Assembly: GCA_036337435.1 (NCBI GenBank)
Contig: JAYZEG010000041.1
Span: 64,001-128,000 of the forward strand
Length of the DNA: 64,000 nucleotides
Reading direction: 5' to 3'
Source of the DNA: Myxococcota bacterium
Lineage (GTDB): Bacteria; Myxococcota_A; Bradymonadia; UBA7976; UBA1532
In this document: positions 9,535 to 19,132 of the stretch, piece by piece
How positions within the stretch are numbered: the stretch's first letter is position 1
Layout of the letters: every line of letters begins with the position of its first letter
The notes under the pieces: model-generated
The model's database searches: none
The model's input: the letters and a program-made list of their open reading frames with translations, nothing else
Told to the model about the DNA's origin: nothing
Translations under genes and position numbers: made by a program

Positions 9535-10508
9535 GATAACACGTCCTCAATCGTGCTCGATTCCATCAGAAGCATGCACAGACGCTCAATCCCGAGGGCA
9601 ATCCCAGCACAGGGTGGCACGTGCTCCAGGGCGCCTAAAAAGCGACGATCTATTTCGTAGACCGGTCGATTGAGTCTTTGACGTTGTTTCTGTTCTTCAA
9701 TGAACCGTTTTTCTTGTTCGATCGGATCCGTCAATTCCTCAAAAGCATTGGCCAATTCAAACCCTCCGGCATAGAGCTCAAAACGCATTGCCTCCGTTGG
9801 GTTCTGTGGGTCTAACCGTGCAAGGGCAGCCTGACTGCGTGGCCAGCCATAGAGTAGACATGGCCTATGGCGTCCCAGTTTGGGTTCGATTTCATTGAGG
9901 AAGAGTTCACAAAAAATATGGTCCCAATCGTCATCCAGTTCGGATAGACGATGTCCCCGTTCTTGTGCGTGCTGTCTCAAGGTCAAGCCGTCCTTACAAA
10001 GCCATGGATCGACCCCAGTGTACTGGACGAAGGCATCTCGTAACTTGATGCGCTCGAACGATTGGCTCAAATCGCATCCAAAACGCATCGAGGATCCCCC
10101 TTGGTGCTTGACGATCCAATGGATCAGGGCCTCAGTCTCATCCATCATGGAGAATAAGTCAGCTGAGATTCGATACCATTCGAGCATGGTGAACTGCGGA
10201 GAATGAGTCTGCGAGGCGGGTTCGTTTCGAAAGCAAGGCGTGACAGAATAAATGCGCTTCATCCCTCGCCCCAGTAAGGTTTTGAGCGCGTATTCGGGGC
10301 TGGTTTGTAAATATCGTGTCGTGCCATTCTCCGAAACTCGAAAGGCGTCAATATGGGGTTCCATTCCCGGGAATGGGATCACCAAAGGGACAAAAATTTC
10401 CGTATAGTCTCGGTCATCGAAGAACCGCCTAATCCACCGGACGATTCGTGCAGTTTGGACCAGAGCCTCCGGCGCGATCTGCTCTATGGGACGGCGTGAA
10501 TCTGTCAC
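9528..10508 (-). CDS. epmA: EF-P lysine aminoacylase EpmA/GenX
   Basis: YLQTSPEYALK, FRNE, HSPQFTMLEWY, ELANAFEEL, GIALGIERL; LysRS-like catalytic domain without anticodon domain. Confidence 0.92.
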   Translation of the reverse strand: MTDSRRPIEQIAPEALVQTARIVRWIRRFFDDRDYTEIFVPLVIPFPGMEPHIDAFRVSENGTTRYLQTSPEYALKTLLGRGMKRIYSVTPCFRNEPASQTHSPQFTMLEWYRISADLFSMMDETEALIHWIVKHQGGSSMRFGCDLSQSFERIKLRDAFVQYTGVDPWLCKDGLTLRQHAQERGHRLSELDDDWDHIFCELFLNEIEPKLGRHRPCLLYGWPRSQAALARLDPQNPTEAMRFELYAGGFELANAFEELTDPIEQEKRFIEEQKQRQRLNRPVYEIDRRFLGALEHVPPCAGIALGIERLCMLLMESSTIEDVLSW

Positions 10509-10516
10509 CTAGCAAG

Positions 10517-11488
10517 TCACTTCAGTCGTTTGGCCACTTTTGCAAAGTACATAATGAGTTGTTCTAATGGCAGCCGTTCGTCTGCGGACAGGTCTGCCCA
10601 ATACGGTCTGAGCGCTGATACCCAGGCCGCACCCTCGGCTAATGCGTGATTGGCTTGCTCCGACATCTCGTCTAGGTAGACGTCTTCCACCACCGCATCA
10701 TCATCATCCATTACGCGTTGAAGAACTGCATGCATCGGATGGTCAATCGAGAGGGTAGATGACAGGTGTTTGACGGCATTGCTTGACTGCCCTGTGACCA
10801 AGCAGTTTTCGGCAATGTAAAGAGCGGCCGCCGTGGCCTCATCGATTTCGTCGATGACGCGAATGAGCACGTGCGTCGCGTTCGCGACTTTCAGGGCGGC
10901 CATTCTTCGATATCCTGTCAACAGAACAAAACGTTGCCCGGGACCGGGCCGAACAACGATGGGTGTCAGCTGACCAAAGCGCCTTATGTTCGCGGCGAGG
11001 CGATTGACATCGCGTACCGGTCGTGGAGCATCCTTCTGTTCGAATAGAATTTTATCAAGGGGGACGCGCTGCTCTTGGCGCGTCGCATTGGCAGCCTGCT
11101 CAGCCTTGGCCAATAAATTGTCCAGCTTGACCTGTCGCGAACGCAGCTCAAACTCACGTTCGTCCGCTAAGACTTCGCGATTGACCAATTCCCGGCGCGC
11201 GGCTTCGATTACTGATTCGCGAACCCGAATGTCGTCTAAATTTCGTTTGGTCTTTTCAATGAGTCGGTCGAGTTCGCCGTGCCTTGGGTCTGGACCCAAG
11301 GCAGTGCGCACTTTGTTTTTCAACGAGTCCGGTAAGTAGCCGACCGCGCGTCGAATCCAACCCCTCGATGATTCTGCGCCATCGGGACGTGTTCGCTCTT
11401 GCTGCCGAGTAACCCGCGCTTGGGCATCTCGAGCGATACGCCGGGACCGGTCCGAAACAACGGACTTAAAATCGTATCTTTTAGCCAT
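10517..11488 (-). CDS. ParB/Srx-like domain protein with N-terminal coiled coil, no obvious HTH
   Basis: LAANIRRFGQLTPIVV...LLTGYRRMAAL...IAEN ParB N-terminal signature. Confidence 0.8.
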   Translation of the reverse strand: MAKRYDFKSVVSDRSRRIARDAQARVTRQQERTRPDGAESSRGWIRRAVGYLPDSLKNKVRTALGPDPRHGELDRLIEKTKRNLDDIRVRESVIEAARRELVNREVLADEREFELRSRQVKLDNLLAKAEQAANATRQEQRVPLDKILFEQKDAPRPVRDVNRLAANIRRFGQLTPIVVRPGPGQRFVLLTGYRRMAALKVANATHVLIRVIDEIDEATAAALYIAENCLVTGQSSNAVKHLSSTLSIDHPMHAVLQRVMDDDDAVVEDVYLDEMSEQANHALAEGAAWVSALRPYWADLSADERLPLEQLIMYFAKVAKRLK

Positions 11489-11746
11489 GACATACGCTCT
11501 CAAGCATCCTGTGGCTTGTCAATATTCAGAGCGTAAGCTGTCCAAAACAAAATGAAACTCCAGTGCTCGCAAGTTCTCTGAGGGCTTCGGTCAAAAAGTA
11601 AATGCAATCTGAACACCGTAAGATTATCGTGACCCTTGATGTCGGTTGGCCTATTCGAGACCACACTATTTAGTGGAGTTCTTGGACATCGGCCCAACAC
11701 GAGCTAAGTTTAGACGATTGCATAGGCTTTTAAATTGGAGACTCTC

Positions 11747-14700
11747 ATGACAGTGCGCATGGCACGCGGTCTGACTTTTCTGCTACTGAGCTTCTTTACG
11801 ACGGTTTCAGTCGCGGCACCTAATCCATACTCTGATTGGTCGTTCGATGCGAAACGAGCCAATGATAAAGGCGACTTGGATGCCTTGGGTGCCTTGGTTA
11901 AAGCGAATCCTCATTTCGGTCGCATTTTCTTCTATGGCCAAGTTTTTGACTTGGTGACAGACGGTGTACCTAAGCCCGTTCGAGATGCCTTGCAGCCGCG
12001 CTTAGAGATGGTGGCTAAAGTTCTGAAGCAGGTGGATTCGTCCGACGACCTACCGGCTTTATTTTTGGACCGGTTTGCGACTGGGAAACTCAAGGCGGAT
12101 GTCGAGGTTTTTCGTCGCATTCAGCAGAGCAGCATGAACCTATTGACCGATAATCGGCTTTTGGCTCTCCGGTTGTCGACGGTCGAAAATCCGCAAATTG
12201 TGCAGGCCGTCTTCTATTCGTATCTCTATCGGGCGGAATTGGCACGGCCTCGCTTAGGCGGTGCCGGTATGGTAAAGACGTTCCTCAATCTAACGCGGTC
12301 CCTCGCGGAAGGCTTCGCCCTCATCGAGGGCAATTTGGCCCCATGGCGGAGTCTAGCCGCTTTTCAGCCAAAAGCGGGAAAGAATCAGGCATCCCAGTTT
12401 GATATCGCAGTCAAAGGTGTTGTTGAGCAGAATCTGATCAACGCTCTGAATCAGTCCGTTTCTGTTGATGCCGCGACCGCCTTCAATGCAATGCTCAAGA
12501 CATATTCAACGGCTCGAGCAGCCCGCGGCGACAACTTATTGGTTGCATTGATTTTAAACGGGGTTGCTCATGCTGCAGCACGTGCAGGTGATGCGCCTCG
12601 TGCCCGAAGCTATCATCAACAAGTTCTTCAAGGCGTCCGCTCCATTAAGTTATCCGCACTCAATATTGCTCTACTCAAACAGATTATTGAACAACATCTA
12701 TCGGATAAGACATTCGATGCCATGCGTACTCAGACCGCGGCTTTGCGGAATGCGGGCATGAAAGCCCTCAACGCCATTGGTGTCACCGACACCCTCGAGC
12801 GTTCGGCGGTTGCCTTAGACGATCATGCGAGGGCGTTGATCGACGACGGCAAGCTCTCTAGCTCGATTTTGGCTATCGATGAAGCAACCGCACTCTTTGC
12901 TCTGCTCGCCAAACCAGAGGTGGCCGAGATTGGGCAGCTGCAAAGCGATGTGCCGCATCTGCGTTATACCCGTTTGAGTCGACAAGCCAAGTTGTTGCGT
13001 TTGAGGGGATGGACTGAACTGCGGCGGGGGAACTTTGAAAGTGCGAAATCAGGCTTTCGAGCCTCGATGGACATTTTTCAGGCTGATTTGAACGAGCTGG
13101 TGGAGGCGTCCCGGTCGGAGACTGCCCTGGCGACAGCGATTCTTGGCACAGGTGATTGGGAAAAAGCGCTTGCTGCAACGACATCTGCGCTCGATCGTCT
13201 GGGCCCGGATGGTGATGCGGCGACGCGAGCGCATACGTATCTCGTTCAAGGATGGATTCGATTTACCAGGGGACAACTCGCAAAAGCATATGGCAACGCC
13301 AATTACGGACTTCGCGTTTTCAAAAAGGCAACAAACAAAGCGGACAACAAAGAGGTACACGGTCGCTTGCATGCGCTGGCAGCCGCTGTGCTCGATGGTG
13401 CTGGCTTTTTTGGCGATGCGGCTGCACGCATCGATTACGCTCTACGCCACCAGCCCCAAGACCCCGAGATCGTTCGTATGGCGGTTGTTGCTAAAGTTAA
13501 AGGTGGAGACCTAGACGGCGCCATCTCTGCTCTTGAGCCGCTTTTAGGCTCGGAATACGCACGAACGGCAACGGTGTGGCGGGGTTGTATTCTTCTGCGC
13601 AGTGGTCAAGTTGAAGAGGGGCTGACCATGCTGAGAATTCTCGTGCCTCAGTTGACTCTCCCTCATCTAACGCACACCAATCTCGTTGGGCGCGCGTGTC
13701 TTGCTTACGGCTATTTAAAGACCAATGACATCGGCAGTGCCACAGCGACTCTTGCACCTGCCCTGAGGCGCCTGGAGACATACCCACACCCAGGGTTGGC
13801 TTGGAGAATTCATGCACTCGACGGTGAGATTGCGGCACGGGAAGGACGCATACTCGACGCGGCCGGGTCACTCAGGCAGGCATTGGATGCCTACCAACTT
13901 TTTCTGGGTGAACGTGCCTGGCGTGGCGTCAGTGCCGCCTATCAAACCCTGGCACTTCCAGCTGAACCGACGGATTACTTGTCGCAACTACCCGACTTGC
14001 TTGTACGGGCCGGTGAAAAGGACAAAACCGCACGATCTGCACACAGAATGGCGGCCGTGCAAGTGGCGGATTGGTTACGAGACTGGACCACGGCACCAGC
14101 GAGTCGACAATTCATTGCAGGCGGATCATCGGATGCAAACGGTAAAGTCCATGCTCAGTTGGCACGACTCGATGAATTGCGGCAGATCTTGGCCGACTCC
14201 GGCGTCGATGCCCGGCATCGAGCGACAGTCGCCCAGCGTTATCGCCTGCAGGTGGAGGCGTTCAGAGAGGCCGTCAAAGTTGTCCGCGGTGGGGACTCGG
14301 CTGCATTAGACTTTTATGCCCCGGTCAGTCAGGTTCCAGAATCGGGACCCGATGTGGCTTTGGTTCGTTACCGGGTGCAGGCAGACGCAACTCATTTATG
14401 GTTGATTCTCGCGCCCAATGATGTGCGCCATTACATGCTTCCCGGACAGGCGAAGTTGGCCGCTATCGTCGGCGAAGTCCATCGCATCATCAAGCAGGCA
14501 CCAGAAAAATGGGACAGCGAAGCACGTCGACCCAAGGATCCCAATGCGCAAGCCTGGTCGACCCTGGAAAAGGCCGCCAAAACCATTCTTCCATTTGTAA
14601 AAGAACGGGCTGTGATGGCTGCATTGACGGGCCGAACACTGAGAATTACACCTGACGGTCCCCTCATCGGTCTGCCCTTTGATGCGCTCGTGTTGAAGAA

Positions 14701-15733
14701 GCCAGATCGTCGAAAGCCGGGTACGCCACCTGCGTATTTGGGCCAGGTATATGCAGTTCAACTAGCCATGCCTCAGCATGTCAAAGCCGATGGTGTCACG
14801 GCCGACCAAACGGTCATTCTTGGTCCACTTGGAGACGGTGCCGCCAATTGCCCAGTCACCTCAGCTGGTGTCGACTTGTGCTCAGCGCAGCGTCATTCGG
14901 GACTCGGCGCGGCATTAACTGGGATCGCAGGCGGACAAACAGCACCCAAGCAACTCTCAGGAACGGCATTGTCAAGTGCCACTCTAGCCAGTTCTCTCAA
15001 AGCATATCGACGTGCGATCATCTTGAGTCCAATCGAGTTTTCATCGACTTCATTTGGCGTCTCACAGACCGATGGCACCACCGCAAAGTTATCCTTCGAA
15101 TCAATCGCCAATCAGGGCAGTGGCGCTGATGAAGTCTTCGTGGTCAGCGCAGCATTTGATGCCCTCCCTGCGGAGACGGGCTTGTCATTGCGTCGCCTCC
15201 AGAATGCGTTGATGGCATCGGGGACGGGCGTCCTGGCTCTCAACATTGCCAGCGATGCGAATGATTCAAATCTAATGGCTTACCTGAGTCCGTATCTGAG
15301 TGATAATCGGGGCCTATACGATGCGATTCACAGTTGGAAGACCCATGCCATGTCCATGGTGCATGATGTGAAGGGGCAAGGACCTGTCCTCCATCATCCC
15401 TACTACTGGGGACGCTGGTCTGTTTATTCGGTCAGCGAAACGACGCCCAATCTAATCAAAACGAAGAGTCCGACCGCGGACAACCCCTATGGGTCCGACG
15501 ATACGAGCGCGGTTGATGGCCTGTCAGGGAGTGATGCGGCCGAGACCCAGACCGGAGCGGAACCGGCGTCGACTCAGGATGGGGAAAAACCGACGATTGC
15601 GCCTGTGAAAGCCGACAAGACCGCCACGGATTCAACTCTGAAAAACACTGAGGCGGACAAAACCAAAGCCGCTGACGCAGAGAAAACGAAGGCCGCTGAA
15701 GCTGAAAAGTCCGCCAAATCCGATTCTAATTGA
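11747..15733 (+). CDS. Large secreted TPR protein with degenerate CHAT (caspase-like) domain
   Basis: Signal peptide; TPR-like helices; ITPDGPLIGLPFDAL and HPYYWG CHAT flanking motifs; catalytic His/Cys positions substituted. Confidence 0.8.
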   Translation: MTVRMARGLTFLLLSFFTTVSVAAPNPYSDWSFDAKRANDKGDLDALGALVKANPHFGRIFFYGQVFDLVTDGVPKPVRDALQPRLEMVAKVLKQVDSSDDLPALFLDRFATGKLKADVEVFRRIQQSSMNLLTDNRLLALRLSTVENPQIVQAVFYSYLYRAELARPRLGGAGMVKTFLNLTRSLAEGFALIEGNLAPWRSLAAFQPKAGKNQASQFDIAVKGVVEQNLINALNQSVSVDAATAFNAMLKTYSTARAARGDNLLVALILNGVAHAAARAGDAPRARSYHQQVLQGVRSIKLSALNIALLKQIIEQHLSDKTFDAMRTQTAALRNAGMKALNAIGVTDTLERSAVALDDHARALIDDGKLSSSILAIDEATALFALLAKPEVAEIGQLQSDVPHLRYTRLSRQAKLLRLRGWTELRRGNFESAKSGFRASMDIFQADLNELVEASRSETALATAILGTGDWEKALAATTSALDRLGPDGDAATRAHTYLVQGWIRFTRGQLAKAYGNANYGLRVFKKATNKADNKEVHGRLHALAAAVLDGAGFFGDAAARIDYALRHQPQDPEIVRMAVVAKVKGGDLDGAISALEPLLGSEYARTATVWRGCILLRSGQVEEGLTMLRILVPQLTLPHLTHTNLVGRACLAYGYLKTNDIGSATATLAPALRRLETYPHPGLAWRIHALDGEIAAREGRILDAAGSLRQALDAYQLFLGERAWRGVSAAYQTLALPAEPTDYLSQLPDLLVRAGEKDKTARSAHRMAAVQVADWLRDWTTAPASRQFIAGGSSDANGKVHAQLARLDELRQILADSGVDARHRATVAQRYRLQVEAFREAVKVVRGGDSAALDFYAPVSQVPESGPDVALVRYRVQADATHLWLILAPNDVRHYMLPGQAKLAAIVGEVHRIIKQAPEKWDSEARRPKDPNAQAWSTLEKAAKTILPFVKERAVMAALTGRTLRITPDGPLIGLPFDALVLKKPDRRKPGTPPAYLGQVYAVQLAMPQHVKADGVTADQTVILGPLGDGAANCPVTSAGVDLCSAQRHSGLGAALTGIAGGQTAPKQLSGTALSSATLASSLKAYRRAIILSPIEFSSTSFGVSQTDGTTAKLSFESIANQGSGADEVFVVSAAFDALPAETGLSLRRLQNALMASGTGVLALNIASDANDSNLMAYLSPYLSDNRGLYDAIHSWKTHAMSMVHDVKGQGPVLHHPYYWGRWSVYSVSETTPNLIKTKSPTADNPYGSDDTSAVDGLSGSDAAETQTGAEPASTQDGEKPTIAPVKADKTATDSTLKNTEADKTKAADAEKTKAAEAEKSAKSDSN
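15649..15720 (+). repeat. Three degenerate 24-bp in-frame repeats in the C-terminal tail of the CHAT protein
   Basis: EADKTKAA / DAEKTKAA / EAEKSAKS. Confidence 0.7.
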
Positions 15734-15774
15734 GACACAATCCACGCCGTCGCCGGCACTCGGACTGGTGGTCG

Positions 15775-15981
15775 TTACCTGGACGTGTTGTCCACAGGGT
15801 CCATTGGCTCCGTTATGCCCAGAGTTGGGTCGAAGAGGGGTCGAGAAATGACATACTCCGCAGACAACCACTGAGATAGGTCAATGGATTGGCACCTGAC
15901 ACTGCAAAATGGCCGTGTTTTTTGATTCAGAATTTTGTCGAAGGGTCGATTGCATTGTGGGCACGTTGCCTGGCTGTTCAT
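15775..15981 (-). CDS. yacG: DNA gyrase inhibitor YacG
   Basis: CPQC...RPFCSVRCQSIDLSQW signature. Confidence 0.9.
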   Translation of the reverse strand: MNSQATCPQCNRPFDKILNQKTRPFCSVRCQSIDLSQWLSAEYVISRPLFDPTLGITEPMDPVDNTSR

Positions 15982-15984
15982 GGT

Positions 15985-16878
15985 CTAGTGATATTTCCTA
16001 TCTTTGTCGACGATCCGGATGTTATTTCGACGACGTTTAATCCGTGACTCAATGATGAGCAAGCGTAATTTGTCTAGAAGCAACCTCGGACGCCAAAGGC
16101 CGGAGACCAAAAGATAGGCCACCAAGATTGACGTGAGCGTCATCAAGCCCTTGAGCCGCCCGACGAAGACAATGTCTAAGGCACCCAAAATAGCCAGAAC
16201 CCAGATGAGCGTTCTCGCTTCAATATTGAGGATTGCAAGCCGGGTTCGGGCAAACATCAGACACCATACGGTCAAAAAGGCATAGATCAGTGGCGTCGTA
16301 CCATGGACAATCGCACTACTGCGTCCGGCTATTGACGTAAAACTCCCAGGAAAAGAAACCGCAATGAGCGCCCCCACGCTATTTACGCAGGCGACCACGA
16401 TAAAGCTGAAGAAGAGAAGACGCTTTTCACCCCACCGGCTCTCCAAGGTGCTGCCAAACCAGAACAGCGCAATAATCGCCGATAGTAAGCCCGAGCCCAC
16501 ACCTTTGCCTAGGGCTGTATCTAGCCCATACACAATCAAGAAACCGGTCAGCACAGCACCGATTAACGGACCGCGCGCCCGGTACCAAATCTGTTTTACG
16601 TAAGGCCAAAGAAAATAGCAGATCAGTCCGAGCAAGAAGAGCAGCCCAAAGAGCGAACTCCGCGCGACAACGAAGGTATTGGCAACCAGTGAAATGAAGC
16701 TAAATTGCGACGTCTCGTCAATGACCAGAGTGGCACGCATGTCGGGCATCAAGGCGTGAACGACCGTCGCCAGAATCGTGAGAATGCAGAGGATGATGGT
16801 CCCAGTGCCAACAGAGATGCCAGCAAGACCGGCGTTCCGGTTTCGACTCCCCATTCGATATCTCGGTGTTCGCGCCAT
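15985..16878 (-). CDS. Rhomboid-like membrane protein, probably catalytically inactive
   Basis: Multiple TM helices; LFWFGSTLESRWGEKRLL rhomboid-like motif; no GxSG or AHLGG; basic C-terminal tail. Confidence 0.65.
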   Translation of the reverse strand: MARTPRYRMGSRNRNAGLAGISVGTGTIILCILTILATVVHALMPDMRATLVIDETSQFSFISLVANTFVVARSSLFGLLFLLGLICYFLWPYVKQIWYRARGPLIGAVLTGFLIVYGLDTALGKGVGSGLLSAIIALFWFGSTLESRWGEKRLLFFSFIVVACVNSVGALIAVSFPGSFTSIAGRSSAIVHGTTPLIYAFLTVWCLMFARTRLAILNIEARTLIWVLAILGALDIVFVGRLKGLMTLTSILVAYLLVSGLWRPRLLLDKLRLLIIESRIKRRRNNIRIVDKDRKYH

Positions 16879-17137
16879 GATATGTATCTCTTCTGCTCGT
16901 CATCGTCGTCAGCTCTATACGATGATCTACCGAGCCTAGGCGTGGCAGTCAAATATCCGATGCATGACACTATTGGACTCGGCCACGAACTTCGATAAGC
17001 TTCGGCGCCGAAGAGTATCTTTTGAATGGATTCGAGAATCAGTTTTGCCTTTCGCAACCTGCCATGACTGCAACATCACCATGAACCTGCCGCATGATGA
17101 AGACATCGATTTGATCTGCGAGCGAGGTGGTGGGGGA

Positions 17138-17593
17138 ATGACTTGGCTGACTCGGCCTAATCCAAGTCCTCAAGAGCAGGTAAATATGCCGAGCCAGGAT
17201 TTGGATGACAATGAGCACACCCTCCACATGACAGACTCAAATCACGGTCGTCATTCCCAAGGGAGACCGGCCAGGCAAGGCCGAGTATCTGCTCCAAAAG
17301 ATGTCGGGACGAGGCCTTTAATCGATCCACCTTTGCCCACACGGGGATCGGACTCCAATTCAATGGGTGAGTCGAACACCGATCCCGTGCTCAGCAAGCC
17401 TGTGCCACCCGTTCCAAAGCTCTCCAGCCCAACGCATATTGAGCCCAAGCGCGTTCCCCGCCAACAGATGGTCGCAGCCCCGATGAGTCGAAATGACAAG
17501 GAGCCAAACGGGCTCACGTCGATTCAACTCGCATTCCTGATCATCACTGCTGCAATCATCGGGGCCGTCACTGCCTGGTTCATCCCTGGTTAA
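17138..17593 (+). CDS. Hypothetical Pro-rich protein with C-terminal membrane anchor (start uncertain: 17138 or 17186)
   Basis: Low-complexity Pro/Ser region ending in LAFLIITAAIIGAVTAWFI. Confidence 0.6.
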   Translation: MTWLTRPNPSPQEQVNMPSQDLDDNEHTLHMTDSNHGRHSQGRPARQGRVSAPKDVGTRPLIDPPLPTRGSDSNSMGESNTDPVLSKPVPPVPKLSSPTHIEPKRVPRQQMVAAPMSRNDKEPNGLTSIQLAFLIITAAIIGAVTAWFIPG

Positions 17594-18080
17594 TTGCAGT
17601 CTTTGGCGTAATCACGTCTTCCAGTGCCCAAACGCGAGCCTGCCCAATGTCTGACCAACATTCGAGGTCAGCACTGAGCACTGCGACATAGGCTGTTTTG
17701 AGTTCAACCATTGTTCCGCTCAAAACGCTGCACGCGATACTGAATCCTGGGTTGTGACCGATAACCAGAACAGATTTAACCGAATCGGGAACCTGACGAA
17801 CCAGTTGGCAAATATCATCGAGTTCGCCGCCGTAGAGCCCCTGATGGAAACTGACTTGTGGTGACCCCATGTACGGAGACAAACAAAACCATGTTTCACT
17901 GGTTCGAGCCGAATCGCTCACGAAAACCCGTTCTGCTTGATGGCCGAGACTTTTCAAGCAAAGGCCTACATGTGGTGCCGCTTTACGGCCACGAGCGTTG
18001 AGTGGTCGTTCATGATCAGAGAGTGCGCTGTTATCCCAGGAACTCTTGGCATGCCGCATAATCATTAATGTTCGTCTCAT
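17580..18080 (-). CDS. sixA: SixA-family phosphohistidine phosphatase
   Basis: MRHAKSSW...DHERPLNARG, SDSARTSET, IGHNPG. Confidence 0.88.
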   Translation of the reverse strand: MRRTLMIMRHAKSSWDNSALSDHERPLNARGRKAAPHVGLCLKSLGHQAERVFVSDSARTSETWFCLSPYMGSPQVSFHQGLYGGELDDICQLVRQVPDSVKSVLVIGHNPGFSIACSVLSGTMVELKTAYVAVLSADLECWSDIGQARVWALEDVITPKTAINQG

Positions 18081-18212
18081 ACGTTGCTCTCATGACCGTT
18101 CACCGCCTGCTTTCGACGGATGGCTGAATGAAATGTCAGAGTCTCGATGGACATCTTGACTTACAGTTGCGGAGACCCCATGTTTGGCCACAAATGGGCG
18201 GAGCATTGATTT

Positions 18213-19112
18213 ATGTCAGCTACAAAATGGGCTCTTTGCCTCGGTATTATCTTTGCGCAGACTGGATGTATCAAGTCAATGGCCATCAACAGTCTTGCCG
18301 ACGCACTGGGCAACGGGGGCGGTTCCTTTGCGCAAGACGATGACCCTGAGTTTGTTGGTCAGGCGTCAGCATTCGGTTTGAAGACAATCGAATCTCTCAT
18401 CGATGCGAGCCCCGATCATCCCAAGCTCCTCGTTGCGGCAACCCGTGGGTTTACACAATATGCCTATGCGTATTTGCAAACCGAAGCCGACTACAGGGAA
18501 GAGGCCGATTATACGTCTGCCCAACGTCTTCGATATCGTGCCTGGCGGATGTACCGTCGTGCCCGTGGCTACGGTGTTCACGCCATAGAGAACTTAATCG
18601 AGTCAAAATTTACAGCCCTTGGGCACAAGCCGGGTTTAATGGCGCGTTTTCGGGTCGAACATGTCGATCTGCTCTACTGGACCGCGGCCGCGAGTGCGGC
18701 AGCCGTTGCAGTGAACAAAGAGGATTCTGAATTGGCAGCAGACCTCGATCTCGTTGAAAAACTGATTCAGCGTGCCATCCAGCTGAAGCCAAATTATCAA
18801 GCGGGTGCGCTCTACGATTTCATGATTTCATGGGAGGGTGGGCGTCCAGCGGCGGCCGGTGGGTCAATGGAGCGAGCGACTGATTTTTATCACAAGGCAC
18901 TCGAGTGCGCGGCAGGGCGAAGGCTCGCGCCCAGACTCGCTTATGCTGAATCTGTTTTGCTCAAGCAGCAGAATAAGTTGAAATTTGTTGAATTACTCAA
19001 GAACATCATCGTCTTCGACGTCCATCAACATCCAGAATTTCGCCTTGCGAATTTGATTGCGCAAAAACGCGCTCAATGGTTACTGACTCAAGTCGACGAT
19101 TTGTTTCTATAA
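18213..19112 (+). CDS. TRAP-transporter-associated TatT lipoprotein (TPAT)
   Basis: Lipobox AQTGC; DDDPEFVGQA..FGLKTIESL; C-terminal ANLIAQKRAQWLL; directly upstream of dctP/dctQM. Confidence 0.88.
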   Translation: MSATKWALCLGIIFAQTGCIKSMAINSLADALGNGGGSFAQDDDPEFVGQASAFGLKTIESLIDASPDHPKLLVAATRGFTQYAYAYLQTEADYREEADYTSAQRLRYRAWRMYRRARGYGVHAIENLIESKFTALGHKPGLMARFRVEHVDLLYWTAAASAAAVAVNKEDSELAADLDLVEKLIQRAIQLKPNYQAGALYDFMISWEGGRPAAAGGSMERATDFYHKALECAAGRRLAPRLAYAESVLLKQQNKLKFVELLKNIIVFDVHQHPEFRLANLIAQKRAQWLLTQVDDLFL

Positions 19113-19132
19113 ACTCACGAAAGGGCCATACC

